NCBI GenBank assembly: GCA_964559175.1
Contig: CAZLGT010000015.1
Location: forward strand, 48,660-82,593
DNA length: 33,934 nt
Direction of reading: 5' to 3'
Source of the DNA: an uncultured Mariniphaga sp.
GTDB taxonomy: Bacteria > Bacteroidota > Bacteroidia > Bacteroidales > Prolixibacteraceae
Positions 15,867 to 24,831 of this stretch are shown here, piece by piece. Numbering within the stretch: the first letter of the stretch is position 1; every line of letters begins with the position of its first letter. The notes under the pieces are model-generated. The model did not search any database. It was given only the letters and a program-made list of their open reading frames with translations, and was not told the origin of the DNA. Made by a program: the position numbers and the translations under genes.

Positions 15867-18803
15867 TTAGCTTTTATTTCTGATTTTAGTCAAATACCCC
15901 ACACTTGGCAGGGTGTGTATTTCTTCCAGCAAGTGGTAGTTTCTTGGATTTTTTATCATTTTGGATACTTTGCTGTTGGGATCGTTCATATCGCCAAACA
16001 CAATGGCATTAGCAGGACATGCCTGCTGGCAGGCGGTTTGCAATTCGCCGTCGGGCAGCGGACGACCTTCACTTTTTGCTGTGAGTTTCTTTTCCTGGAT
16101 ACGCTGAACACAAAACGAACATTTTTCAATTACACCTTTCGATCGTACTGTAACATCCGGATTATGACGCATCCGGGCCAGATCAACGGTCATGTTGGCC
16201 GGGTCGAACCGGTTTTTCGGAATGGCATCGGCACCGGTATAGTCGTACCAGTTGAATCGTCGCACTTTATAGGGGCAGTTGTTGTTGCAGTACCTTGTTC
16301 CTATACATCGGTTATATGCCATCTGATTTAACCCTTCGCTGGAGTGGTTGGTAGCTGCCACCGGACAAACATTTTCACACGGGGCATTGTCGCAATGCTG
16401 GCACATCACCGGCTGACGCACCACTTCGGGATTTTCTTCGTCGCCGTTGTAGTACCTGTCGATGCGAATCCAGTGCATTTCGTGGTGCCGAATGCTTTCC
16501 TGTTTCCCTACTACAGGGATGTTGTTTTCGGTGTTGCAAGCCAGCACACAGGCGCTGCAGCCAATGCATTTGTTCAAGTCGATGGCCATTCCCCATTTGT
16601 GGCCTTTGTATTCATATCCCTGGTACAGTGTGGTGTGGTGATGCTGCACTTGCTCGTGCAGCTCATTTCCTGCGGCCGGGTTTTCCTTCCATTTATCAAA
16701 AGTTGATTCACGCACAATGGGACGCCCTTCCATGGATTGATGGCCTTGTATCAGTGCCATTTTTTCGAACCGGCCGGTTTTTTCAATGCTGAAACCGGGG
16801 ATGGCAAAACGGCGCATTCCATTTTCAATTTTCGCCAGCGGATATGCATTCACTCCGGTAACTATTTCTTCGGGAACGCCCGTAACACGGCCATACCCTA
16901 TGGCAATGCTGATTGTTTTTTCGGCCTGCCCCGGCTGAACGAAAGCCGGAATGGCGAGGTTGCCCAGTTGAATTACATCGCCGTTTTTTATGCCCATTTG
17001 CCGGGCCACCGAAGGCGCGATGGAGGCGTAATTGTCCCAGGCAATGCGAGTTACCGGATCGGGACATTCCTGAAGCCAGGGATTCAGCGGCCCGTGCCCT
17101 GTGCCCGCATTGATGTTTTCAACCAATTCAATGGTGAACCCTTCTGCTGTTTTTTCAGATGCGATATGCTGAATGGATTTTTCTGTTTCGCCGGACTGAA
17201 AAGAAAGCAAGGTTGCTTCTTCGGGTAGCACCAACTCGCCACTTTTCAGAATTTCAACCCAAAAACGGTCCGGGTCGGTGTTTTCATTCTGTTGGGCAAA
17301 ATAAGTTGATGTCCAGTGCTCTTTTATGTAATCGCGCCATGAAATTTCGTTTTCAAGCCATGCCAGAAGCGTTTCCTGGGCCTGGCGCGAATCAAACAAT
17401 TTATGTAATGTGGGTTGCAGTACCGAAAATACACCTTTTTTGTATTCGGCATCGTCCCAACATTCCAGATAGCCGGGCGAAGGCAAAATGTAGGTGCACA
17501 ACTCAGCAGTTTCATCGGGCAGTGAACTGATGGCTATCGAAAGCTGTGCTTTTTCGATGGCAGCCTTTATTTTATCCGATTCCGGATGGTTATAAACCGG
17601 GTTTACATCCCATACGATAACTGCATCCGGGTCCGAATTCAGCAGGGTTTCTTTCCACTTCTCCGAACCCTGGTAATGGTTGTAGGTACGGTCGAATTTT
17701 ACAGTTTCACCCACATTCCCAAGCATCTGGTTAATGCCGTTCACTATCGACTGGGAATCGGGATGGTTATCACCGCAAAGCACCAGCGATCTGCCCTCGT
17801 TCGCTAAAAGCGCTGCTACAATTTTATCTAACTTTTGGGTAATTTCCTGCGCTGGCACAAACGCACCTAAAACTGCATCTCCCAGTTCAGATGCCAGTTT
17901 GTTGTAAATATAAGCGAGTATTTTTCCATAATCGGTTCGCTCGACACGGATGCGAACATCGGCATTGGATCCGGTTAGCGACATGCCGGCTTCAATCTGG
18001 TAATGCTTGTTTAACCCCGAATTTTCATTGTGTAAATCGCGGCGTTTGGCATATTGCCCCGAGAATTCCACAGGTGAGAGCCAGGTTCCCAGGAAATCGC
18101 AACCCACCGATACGATGCAATCGGCTTTTTCAAAGTCGTATTCCGGGAGTGCATCGGCTCCGAAACTTTGCAAATTGGCCTTGCGGTAACCGTCCATCGG
18201 AATGGCATCGTATTGCTGCCATTCGGCGCCAAATGTTTCTTTAAACGCTGCAATTAATTTTTTTGTTGAAGGGCTGATAATGGTGGGTGTAATCAGAAGA
18301 ACCGGTTTTCCCGATTTTGCAATTTGCTGCAACTGCTCCATAATTTCCCCGTCGGCGGTTTCCCAGTCGATGGGCCCCCTGTTTTTTTGCGGGTTTTTAT
18401 ACCGGTTGGTGTTATACACATCGAGCACCGAGGCTTGTACCCGTCCGCTGGTGCCGTTGGGGGTGACCACCGATTTTGGGTTGGGTTCCAGTTTGATGGG
18501 ACGGTTGTCGCGCACCTTCACCAGCACATTGCAAAATTCATTCTGGTTAAAATACGACGAGGCGTAATATGCTGCTTTCCCGGGAATAATTTCCTCGGGC
18601 TGAATAAAGTAAGGAATGGCTTTTTCCACTGGTCTTTTGCAGGAAGCAATGAGCGCCGCCGAAGCAGTACCCAGTCCCAGTACTTTCAAAAAATTCCGGC
18701 GCGAAGTCGGACTGGCGTTCACATCGGGTTTGCCGGCCACGCGAACATCATTCAGCGGCTCGAATTCTTCCAAAAGATGCCAGTATTTTTTTTCTTCACT
18801 CAT
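15867..18803 (-). CDS. actB: ACIII large subunit ActB. It fuses a molybdopterin-oxidoreductase-like domain to an Fe-S ferredoxin domain and carries a TAT signal.
   Basis: Twin-arginine signal SRRNFLKVLGLGTASAAL. Multiple Cys clusters in the C-terminal half: CIGCSACVLAC, CQHCDNAPCENVCP, CNNNCPYKV and CSFCVQR. 978 aa. Confidence 0.9.
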   Translation of the reverse strand: MSEEKKYWHLLEEFEPLNDVRVAGKPDVNASPTSRRNFLKVLGLGTASAALIASCKRPVEKAIPYFIQPEEIIPGKAAYYASSYFNQNEFCNVLVKVRDNRPIKLEPNPKSVVTPNGTSGRVQASVLDVYNTNRYKNPQKNRGPIDWETADGEIMEQLQQIAKSGKPVLLITPTIISPSTKKLIAAFKETFGAEWQQYDAIPMDGYRKANLQSFGADALPEYDFEKADCIVSVGCDFLGTWLSPVEFSGQYAKRRDLHNENSGLNKHYQIEAGMSLTGSNADVRIRVERTDYGKILAYIYNKLASELGDAVLGAFVPAQEITQKLDKIVAALLANEGRSLVLCGDNHPDSQSIVNGINQMLGNVGETVKFDRTYNHYQGSEKWKETLLNSDPDAVIVWDVNPVYNHPESDKIKAAIEKAQLSIAISSLPDETAELCTYILPSPGYLECWDDAEYKKGVFSVLQPTLHKLFDSRQAQETLLAWLENEISWRDYIKEHWTSTYFAQQNENTDPDRFWVEILKSGELVLPEEATLLSFQSGETEKSIQHIASEKTAEGFTIELVENINAGTGHGPLNPWLQECPDPVTRIAWDNYASIAPSVARQMGIKNGDVIQLGNLAIPAFVQPGQAEKTISIAIGYGRVTGVPEEIVTGVNAYPLAKIENGMRRFAIPGFSIEKTGRFEKMALIQGHQSMEGRPIVRESTFDKWKENPAAGNELHEQVQHHHTTLYQGYEYKGHKWGMAIDLNKCIGCSACVLACNTENNIPVVGKQESIRHHEMHWIRIDRYYNGDEENPEVVRQPVMCQHCDNAPCENVCPVAATNHSSEGLNQMAYNRCIGTRYCNNNCPYKVRRFNWYDYTGADAIPKNRFDPANMTVDLARMRHNPDVTVRSKGVIEKCSFCVQRIQEKKLTAKSEGRPLPDGELQTACQQACPANAIVFGDMNDPNSKVSKMIKNPRNYHLLEEIHTLPSVGYLTKIRNKS

Positions 18804-18845
18804 CAGGTTTTATTTTGAATTGTGATTGAATTAGCTAAAAATCAA

Positions 18846-20003
18846 TTAATAATGACATTTTGCACAATCGTTGGCGCCAATGTCAACGGCCATTATTGAG
18901 TCTCTCACACCCTTATCCAAATCTTTGTGGAAAGCTTCAAACAGCGAATAATAATCGTTTTCAATAAAATCAACTTTGGTTTCCCTGTGACATTCGAGGC
19001 ACCAACCCATCGACAAATCGCTGTGCTGCCGTACAATGTGCATCTCTTCCACAGGTCCGTGGCACTGTGCGCAGTCGAGTTTTCCAACACCCACGTGTTG
19101 AGCATGCGAGAAGAAAACATGGTCGGGCAATTCGTGAATGCGAATCCATTCGATGGAGCGGCTCTCCTCATGTGCCTGAACCAGTTTGTCGATCTCGAAC
19201 CGGCCACTGCGCGAACCTTCCCGTACCACAATGTGGCAGTTCATACAAAGGTCGGTAGAGGGAAAATTGGCTGTTTTCGATTCGGTAGCCGTATGGTGGC
19301 AATACATGCAGTCGATCTGGTTTTCGGCTACATGCACCTGGTGCGAAAATTTGATGGGCTGATCGGGCTGATAGCCTTCGCTGCGCCCCAGTTTTACAGC
19401 CTCCTCGTAAATCATAACTATTTGGTAACCAAATGCTCCCAGGAATATCAAAACGGGAATAATTTTTAGTTTTACTTTTTTAAAAATGATGAGGTCGAGC
19501 AGTGCCCAGGTGAGCAGCAGCCCAAGGAAAAGGAACAAAAGCAGGCGGTTGATGGTTGGTTTTACCGGATCGGGTCCGTTAACCGCCAGGTGGTCTAGGT
19601 AAATTTTTACCTTCTGCAAATCTTCGTCGCTGATGTTGAAATTGCGGTGGGAGGCCTCCATTACCGTACCTGTGGGTTCCATTACCACTTGCATGAATGA
19701 TGTAAAGTCTCTGCCGGCATATTTCAACGCAATGTCCATGGCCGAGGGGTTCCAGTTCATGGTGTCAACAGGGGTGAGGTTGTGGCATGAAACACAGGAT
19801 TCGTGATTTCTTTCAAAAGGTAAAAGCCCCATGAAGAATCGTTTGCCACGATTAATTTCTTCTTTGGAATATCCTTCGGTGAGAATACTTTCAGTGTTTG
19901 TTGAAAAAGATGGATATGGGGTTAAAAAAATACAAGAAATGAAAAACAGGATGGCCAGCAACCGGATAAGTTGATTCTCCTCAAAATTGAAAAATTCTTC
20001 CAT
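18846..20003 (-). CDS. actA: Multiheme cytochrome c ActA of ACIII.
   Basis: Six CxxCH motifs are visible: CVSCH, CMYCHH, CMNCH, CAQCH, CLECH and CAKCH. There is an N-terminal membrane anchor, and the gene is first in the operon. Confidence 0.85.
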   Translation of the reverse strand: MEEFFNFEENQLIRLLAILFFISCIFLTPYPSFSTNTESILTEGYSKEEINRGKRFFMGLLPFERNHESCVSCHNLTPVDTMNWNPSAMDIALKYAGRDFTSFMQVVMEPTGTVMEASHRNFNISDEDLQKVKIYLDHLAVNGPDPVKPTINRLLLFLFLGLLLTWALLDLIIFKKVKLKIIPVLIFLGAFGYQIVMIYEEAVKLGRSEGYQPDQPIKFSHQVHVAENQIDCMYCHHTATESKTANFPSTDLCMNCHIVVREGSRSGRFEIDKLVQAHEESRSIEWIRIHELPDHVFFSHAQHVGVGKLDCAQCHGPVEEMHIVRQHSDLSMGWCLECHRETKVDFIENDYYSLFEAFHKDLDKGVRDSIMAVDIGANDCAKCHY

Positions 20004-20172
20004 TCCGCTCAGTTTAGTGTGACTACAAAAATGCTTGTTTCTTTAAAATAAAGCTAACAAAAAACAACTTTAAAGGGTTCTAAATATAGATAATTTTTTT
20101 TACTGGCACAGTTTCACCTCTGTCTGAAATGGGTTATTGTTGCCTTTGTTACAGAATCAGACTGAAAATTCA

Positions 20173-21309
20173 TCAATCAATGTCAGACTCTGAACGGGCA
20201 TCGAGGCTTTCGGTCAGTTTTCTGACGAGCTTCATATTCACAAAAAACTCTTTGGCAATAACCCTTGCAATGGTGTAGGCAGGAATGGCCAGAAACATGC
20301 CAAGGATACCGGCCATGCTTCCGGCAGCCAGTATTACAAGGAATATTTCGAGGGGATGAGCTTTTACGCTGCTGGAATAGATTAAGGGTTGAAACAGCAC
20401 GTTGTCAATGATTTGTACGGTGAGAAAAACGGCAGTCATAAGCCCGAGCAGCGGCAACGTGTGGCTCATAAAATCGGCATGAATGTTCAGGGCAGCTCCG
20501 ATAAGCAGTCCCAAAATGGCGCCCATCCAGGGCCCCAGGTAGGGAATAACATTGAACAGCCCGCAAATAAATCCGATGATTACGGCATGGTTAAAGCTCA
20601 AACCAACCAGGTTTAGTCCGATGGTGTCAAGCAACATTACCATACAAATTTGCAGGATGAGGCCGACAAAGTAGCGGCGAAGCAGGTACGAAATAGAATC
20701 GAGAATGTTCGATACTTTTTCTTCCAGGTTAGTAGGAACAATGAGCAGGATTCCTTCCCGCAGCATGCTTCTTTCTTTTAAAAAGAAGAAAGTGATAAAG
20801 GAAACGGCAAAAAAGCCAATGAACAGGTCGCCCACAGTTCCTGCAACAATCACGAAAACATTGGAGAGCTGAGAAACATCAATTTTTGAGGTTAACTGGT
20901 CAACCATAACGTCGTAAAACGAGCGGTCTTCCACCAGCAAAGGTTCGTTTCCCGAAATTTGTAAGAGCCTGAGAAGCGGTTCTTCAATGGAGTTAAAAAA
21001 TGCCTCGATGTCGATTTCCGAAAGGGTTTCCAGTTCCTTTAAAAGCAGGGGAATGATGAAACGAAAAAAAGAAATGACCAGAAACCACATGGCTGCAAGG
21101 GTCATTAAAGCGGCTATTCCTTTGGGAATTCTGAATTTTTTGTACCGAATCAGGGAAAGCCACCTGACCAGCGGCCTGCCCAGAAACGACATTACAGCTG
21201 AAATTAGTATGTAGGTAACAATGGCGCTGAAATACCACATCAGGAACAAGAGAAATATTCCACCGGCAATTAACAGCATATTTCGGGCCCAGCCTTTTAG
21301 TTGTACCAT
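20173..21309 (-). CDS. AI-2E (UPF0118/PerM) family transporter.
   Basis: Polytopic membrane protein of about 380 aa with the AI-2E-type C-terminal region. I prefer the start at 21309 (MVQLKGW...) because the 21441 start would overlap the divergent flippase gene by 64 nt. Confidence 0.65.
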   Translation of the reverse strand: MVQLKGWARNMLLIAGGIFLLFLMWYFSAIVTYILISAVMSFLGRPLVRWLSLIRYKKFRIPKGIAALMTLAAMWFLVISFFRFIIPLLLKELETLSEIDIEAFFNSIEEPLLRLLQISGNEPLLVEDRSFYDVMVDQLTSKIDVSQLSNVFVIVAGTVGDLFIGFFAVSFITFFFLKERSMLREGILLIVPTNLEEKVSNILDSISYLLRRYFVGLILQICMVMLLDTIGLNLVGLSFNHAVIIGFICGLFNVIPYLGPWMGAILGLLIGAALNIHADFMSHTLPLLGLMTAVFLTVQIIDNVLFQPLIYSSSVKAHPLEIFLVILAAGSMAGILGMFLAIPAYTIARVIAKEFFVNMKLVRKLTESLDARSESDID

Positions 21310-21377
21310 TTCATCGGTTTTGAACAAAGATAAATGAAAACCGATATATTTTATACTTTTATGCCAATCAAAAAACT

Positions 21378-22676
21378 GTGAAAAACCATTTAAATACGGT
21401 CTCCGCCTTTCAGTTTTACCAGTTGGCAAGGTATTCTGCACTGGTAATTACCGGGATAGTTTTTGCCAAAACTACACTTACGCAGCAAGCCATTGGCGAG
21501 TATGAAACGTTTGTTTTTCTGGCCGGTGCCGTTAGTTTTTTCTGGCTTAACGGAATGCTGAAAGCTTTACTACCCCTTTCCTCGGGTCAAAAGGAATCAA
21601 ATTCGGCCCTGTTCAGTTCTTTTGTGGTAATTTCATTTTTCAGCCTGTTGATCGGTATGTTGTTGTACACGGCACATCCTGTTTTTTCAGGGTTTTTGCT
21701 GAACGGAAAAGAAGTTCCTGAACCCGGGCTTTTGGTCGTTTACCTTGTTTTTGGCGTACCTGCAACCATGGCAGAATATGTTTACCTGATACGGAAGCAA
21801 AACCGGACACTGGTGGTTTTTGCCCTTGTTTCCTTTTCCATTCAGTTTTTAATGGTGGTTTTGCCGGTTGTTTCTGGTTATCCGGTTCAATGGGCCATGC
21901 GCGGGTTGGTTGTTTCTGCACTTCTGCGTTATATTTGGTTGTGGGGCATGTTCATTTATTATTCCGAAATCCGGTTTTCGTTTTCGTTTGTAAAGGCACA
22001 CCTGAAGCTGGGAATGCCACTGGTGGTCGCTGCACTGCTGAGCGGCTCGGCCCAGTTTGTGGATGGTTTTATTGTTACATCCCGTTTCGACGAGAGCACG
22101 TTTGCCGTATTCCGATATGGCGCCAGGGAATTGCCGCTGGCAACACTTATGGCCAATGCACTCAGCAGTGCCATGTTGCCCGGGTTTGGAATCCGCGAGC
22201 AATTACAGGAAAACTTACGGAGGTTAAAAAACGGAGTTTCACGGCTGATGCACTTCCTTTTTCCGCTAACCGCCCTGTTGCTGCTGGTTTCCAAACCTTT
22301 GTTTCCGGTGGTGTTCAATCCTGCGTTTGCCGACAGTGCCACTGTTTTTAACATCTATCTGTTGCTTGTAATCAGCCGGCTGCTGATGCCACAAACCATT
22401 CTGAACGGATTGAGGCTTACCCGGCAAATTATGGTGGCGTCCTTTTTCGAAATAGTTATAAATGTAACGCTTAGCCTTGTTTTGGTCAGAGTTTGGGGCA
22501 TTGCCGGAATCGCATTTGCCACGTTTGCCGCCTATTTATTTGAAAAAATTTACCTGATTGTTGTGGTAAGGAAAACATTGAATATCCGGTTGAATGAATA
22601 TCACCCGCTGAAGTATTACTTTTTTTATTCGTTGGGTATCATTGCAATCTTTATTTTTGCGGAAATTGTTTTATAA
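21378..22676 (+). CDS. MOP-superfamily oligosaccharide flippase, or a polysaccharide biosynthesis membrane protein (Wzx-like).
   Basis: 432-aa polytopic membrane protein. The N-terminus (NTVSAFQFYQLARYSALVITGIVFAK) resembles Wzx/polysaccharide-biosynthesis proteins. There are no neighbouring glycosyltransferases. Confidence 0.55.
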   Translation: MKNHLNTVSAFQFYQLARYSALVITGIVFAKTTLTQQAIGEYETFVFLAGAVSFFWLNGMLKALLPLSSGQKESNSALFSSFVVISFFSLLIGMLLYTAHPVFSGFLLNGKEVPEPGLLVVYLVFGVPATMAEYVYLIRKQNRTLVVFALVSFSIQFLMVVLPVVSGYPVQWAMRGLVVSALLRYIWLWGMFIYYSEIRFSFSFVKAHLKLGMPLVVAALLSGSAQFVDGFIVTSRFDESTFAVFRYGARELPLATLMANALSSAMLPGFGIREQLQENLRRLKNGVSRLMHFLFPLTALLLLVSKPLFPVVFNPAFADSATVFNIYLLLVISRLLMPQTILNGLRLTRQIMVASFFEIVINVTLSLVLVRVWGIAGIAFATFAAYLFEKIYLIVVVRKTLNIRLNEYHPLKYYFFYSLGIIAIFIFAEIVL

Positions 22677-22679
22677 GGT

Positions 22680-23384
22680 ATGGATTTTTTATTAGATAGT
22701 CCGGAAGCCGAAAAGGATTTTCAGCAATTGCTGGACGAAATAAAGTTGCGGAGAAATGGCGAACTTGCTGCATCCATGAAGGGGCAGGGGTTGGAATACA
22801 AGATGAACTGGGGCGTGTCGGTGGTGGAGTTAAGGGAGTTGGCGCGGAAATTTAAACCCGGCCATTTGCTGGCACTGAAACTCTGGAACAAACAGTGGCG
22901 CGAAACCATGATTCTGGCCACGCTGCTCGACAAGCCTGAAGAAGTTACCGAAGAACAGATGGATTTCTGGACAAAGAGTTTTGAAAACCAGGAGATTGCC
23001 GAACAGGCTTCGGCCAATCTTTGGGTAAAAACAAAATTTGCCTTTGTAAAAGCTCTGGAATGGTGCCGCGGGAAAAAACACCTGGTTCGGTTTACCGGAG
23101 TTCATCTGATGGGTAGGTTGGCCATTACCCAGAAAAATGCCATCGACGAAATGTTCGAGCCGTTTTTTGAAGAACTGGCGGTGGTGGGAAAAGACCCGCG
23201 TTTGAATGCGGTTATTTACCGAACGGTTATTGCACTGGGTATCCGCTCAAAATACCTGAACGAACATGCTGTTGAACTGGCAAAAACCTTTCAACTGTGT
23301 GAACAGGAGGATACGATGAAGCTGGGAGAAATACTGCTTGATGAACTGACTACAGAATCTATTTCATTTGATGGAAGCGAATAA
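22680..23384 (+). CDS. DNA alkylation repair enzyme of the AlkC/AlkD type, built from HEAT-like repeats.
   Basis: 234 aa and helical. The Trp-rich repeats LALKLWNKQWRE and NLWVKTKF resemble the PF08713 family. Assigned from memory. Confidence 0.5.
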   Translation: MDFLLDSPEAEKDFQQLLDEIKLRRNGELAASMKGQGLEYKMNWGVSVVELRELARKFKPGHLLALKLWNKQWRETMILATLLDKPEEVTEEQMDFWTKSFENQEIAEQASANLWVKTKFAFVKALEWCRGKKHLVRFTGVHLMGRLAITQKNAIDEMFEPFFEELAVVGKDPRLNAVIYRTVIALGIRSKYLNEHAVELAKTFQLCEQEDTMKLGEILLDELTTESISFDGSE

Positions 23385-23385
23385 T

Positions 23386-24048
23386 ATGACAATGCAAACT
23401 ATAAAACTCCCCGAATTTGAAGCTGTAATTTTTGATATGGACGGAGTGCTGGTGAATTCAGAGCCGTTGTATGTTGAGGTGGAACAAACCAATTTCAGGC
23501 AGCTGGGGCTTGAGATTTCAGAAGAAGAACACCAAACTTACCAGGGAACAGCAACTGACCGGATGTGGGAGTTAATAAAAGAACGGCATGGAGTTGAGCA
23601 ACCGGTAAAGGATTTGGTGAAAATGACCAATAACCTGATTACGCCCTATTTCAATTCACTGGAAAAAATGGAGGCCATGCCTGGCGTGGAAAAACTGATA
23701 AAAAAGCTGAAGGAAAAAGGAATTCCGCTTGCCCTGGCCTCTTCATCCTACGCCGATGTGATTGAAATTATTTTGCAGAAAACCGGGCTGAAAAAATATT
23801 TCGATGTGGTGGTTGACAGCCAGTTGGCCGGTGCCAGCAAACCCGAACCGGAAATCTTTTTACTGGCTGCCCAAAAACTGGGTGTTCAACCCGAAAAATG
23901 CATAGTCATTGAAGACTCCACCAACGGAATTAAAGCAGCCAAAGCCGCCGGAATGTTTTGTATTGCTTTTTCCGGGCCTGGTTCGGAGTTACAGGACCAA
24001 AGCCAGGCAGATTGGATTGTTTCTGATTTTAATCTGCCCATTTATTGA
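23386..24048 (+). CDS. HAD-superfamily hydrolase, beta-phosphoglucomutase-like (subfamily IA).
   Basis: Motif I is VIFDMDGVL, and the later motifs SSS/ASKP and IEDSTNGIKAAKAAG are present. Alternative starts lie at 23368 and 23392. Confidence 0.8.
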   Translation: MTMQTIKLPEFEAVIFDMDGVLVNSEPLYVEVEQTNFRQLGLEISEEEHQTYQGTATDRMWELIKERHGVEQPVKDLVKMTNNLITPYFNSLEKMEAMPGVEKLIKKLKEKGIPLALASSSYADVIEIILQKTGLKKYFDVVVDSQLAGASKPEPEIFLLAAQKLGVQPEKCIVIEDSTNGIKAAKAAGMFCIAFSGPGSELQDQSQADWIVSDFNLPIY

Positions 24049-24081
24049 AGTGCCGCTGGAAGAAAACAGACGAAACAAGCA

Positions 24082-24097
24082 TGGCAAAATTTTGCCA
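24082..24097. repeat. 16-bp perfect palindrome, TGGCAAAATTTTGCCA, between convergent gene ends.
   Basis: Exact reverse-complement symmetry. Located between the HAD stop at 24048 and the rnhA stop at 24188. Confidence 0.5.
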
Positions 24098-24187
24098 CAC
24101 AAGTGGATCATTATAAAGCGAGTTCCATCGAATACCTTTAAAAATTAACAATTATAATGAGATGAAATCAATGAAAGTGAATCGGAG

Positions 24188-24658
24188 TTATTCCTCAAGA
24201 GAATCGAGGTAGCCTGCGTCTTCTTTCAGTTCAGGGTTCATCGATGCTTCCACGGCCAGCTGGTCGCAACGCTCGTTCAGCGGGTTATTGGCGTGGCCTT
24301 TCACCCACACAAATTTCACATGGTGTTTTTTGAAAGCCTCAAGGAAACGTAACCAGAGGTCGGGGTTTTTTTTGCCTTTAAACCGTTTTTTTACCCAGTT
24401 GAACACCCAGCCTTTTGTTACGGCATCGGCCACATATCTCGAGTCGGTGTAAATGATGACTTCGCTGCCCGGAATTTTTAACGTTTCGAGGGCTACAATT
24501 ACCGCCAGCAGTTCCATGCGGTTGTTGGTGGTAAGCCGGTAACCCTCCGACATCTCCTTGCGATGAGGGCCGGAAAGCATCACTATGCCGTAGCCACCCG
24601 GGCCGGGATTTCCGCGGGCTGCACCGTCGGTATAAATCGTTATTTTGGGTTTTGCCAT
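24188..24658 (-). CDS. rnhA: Ribonuclease HI.
   Basis: Carries the DEDD/H catalytic residues in the contexts IYTDGAARGNPG, NNRMELLAVIVALE, IYTDSRY, VKGHANNPLNE and CDQLAV. 156 aa. Confidence 0.9.
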   Translation of the reverse strand: MAKPKITIYTDGAARGNPGPGGYGIVMLSGPHRKEMSEGYRLTTNNRMELLAVIVALETLKIPGSEVIIYTDSRYVADAVTKGWVFNWVKKRFKGKKNPDLWLRFLEAFKKHHVKFVWVKGHANNPLNERCDQLAVEASMNPELKEDAGYLDSLEE

Positions 24659-24771
24659 TTTTTAAAAAAAATCAGTACAAAGGAGAATGTAATTTTTCTA
24701 AATTCCAACCAAAACGAACCATTTGTATCCTGATATTTTCGAAATTTTCGATTTATCTTTGCCTGGATTTC

Positions 24772-24810
24772 AAAAAAAACAGGCTTCACAATAAAATATG
24801 TGAAGCCTGT
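24772..24810 (-). terminator. Rho-independent terminator of the S46 peptidase gene.
   Basis: Perfect 12-bp stem ACAGGCTTCACA / TGTGAAGCCTGT at 24779-24790 and 24799-24810, with an 8-nt loop. An 8-U run follows on the minus strand (plus-strand A8 at 24772-24779). Confidence 0.75.
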
Positions 24811-24831
24811 TTTTTGTGTGAAACACATTTT

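Noticed and set aside
14775-17228. Long antisense or alternative-frame ORFs inside actB and actC, for example 16737-17228 (+), 14775-15236 (-) and 15390-15746 (-).
   Set aside because: They fully overlap genes with strong family signatures. Their Arg/Gly/His-rich translations lack recognisable motifs and are typical of off-frame reading through GC-rich coding sequence.
21310-21441. A possible overlapping gene, or a real 132-nt N-terminal extension of the AI-2E transporter that overlaps the divergent flippase start.
   Set aside because: A 64-nt head-to-head coding overlap is unlikely. Reading the transporter from 21309 leaves a 68-bp divergent promoter region.
24082-24097. A sigma-54 promoter (-24 GG / -12 GC) at the TGGCA...TTGCCA palindrome.
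   Set aside because: The spacing between the GG and GC dinucleotides is one nucleotide shorter than the strict sigma-54 spacing. The element also lies between two convergent gene ends, with nothing to transcribe.
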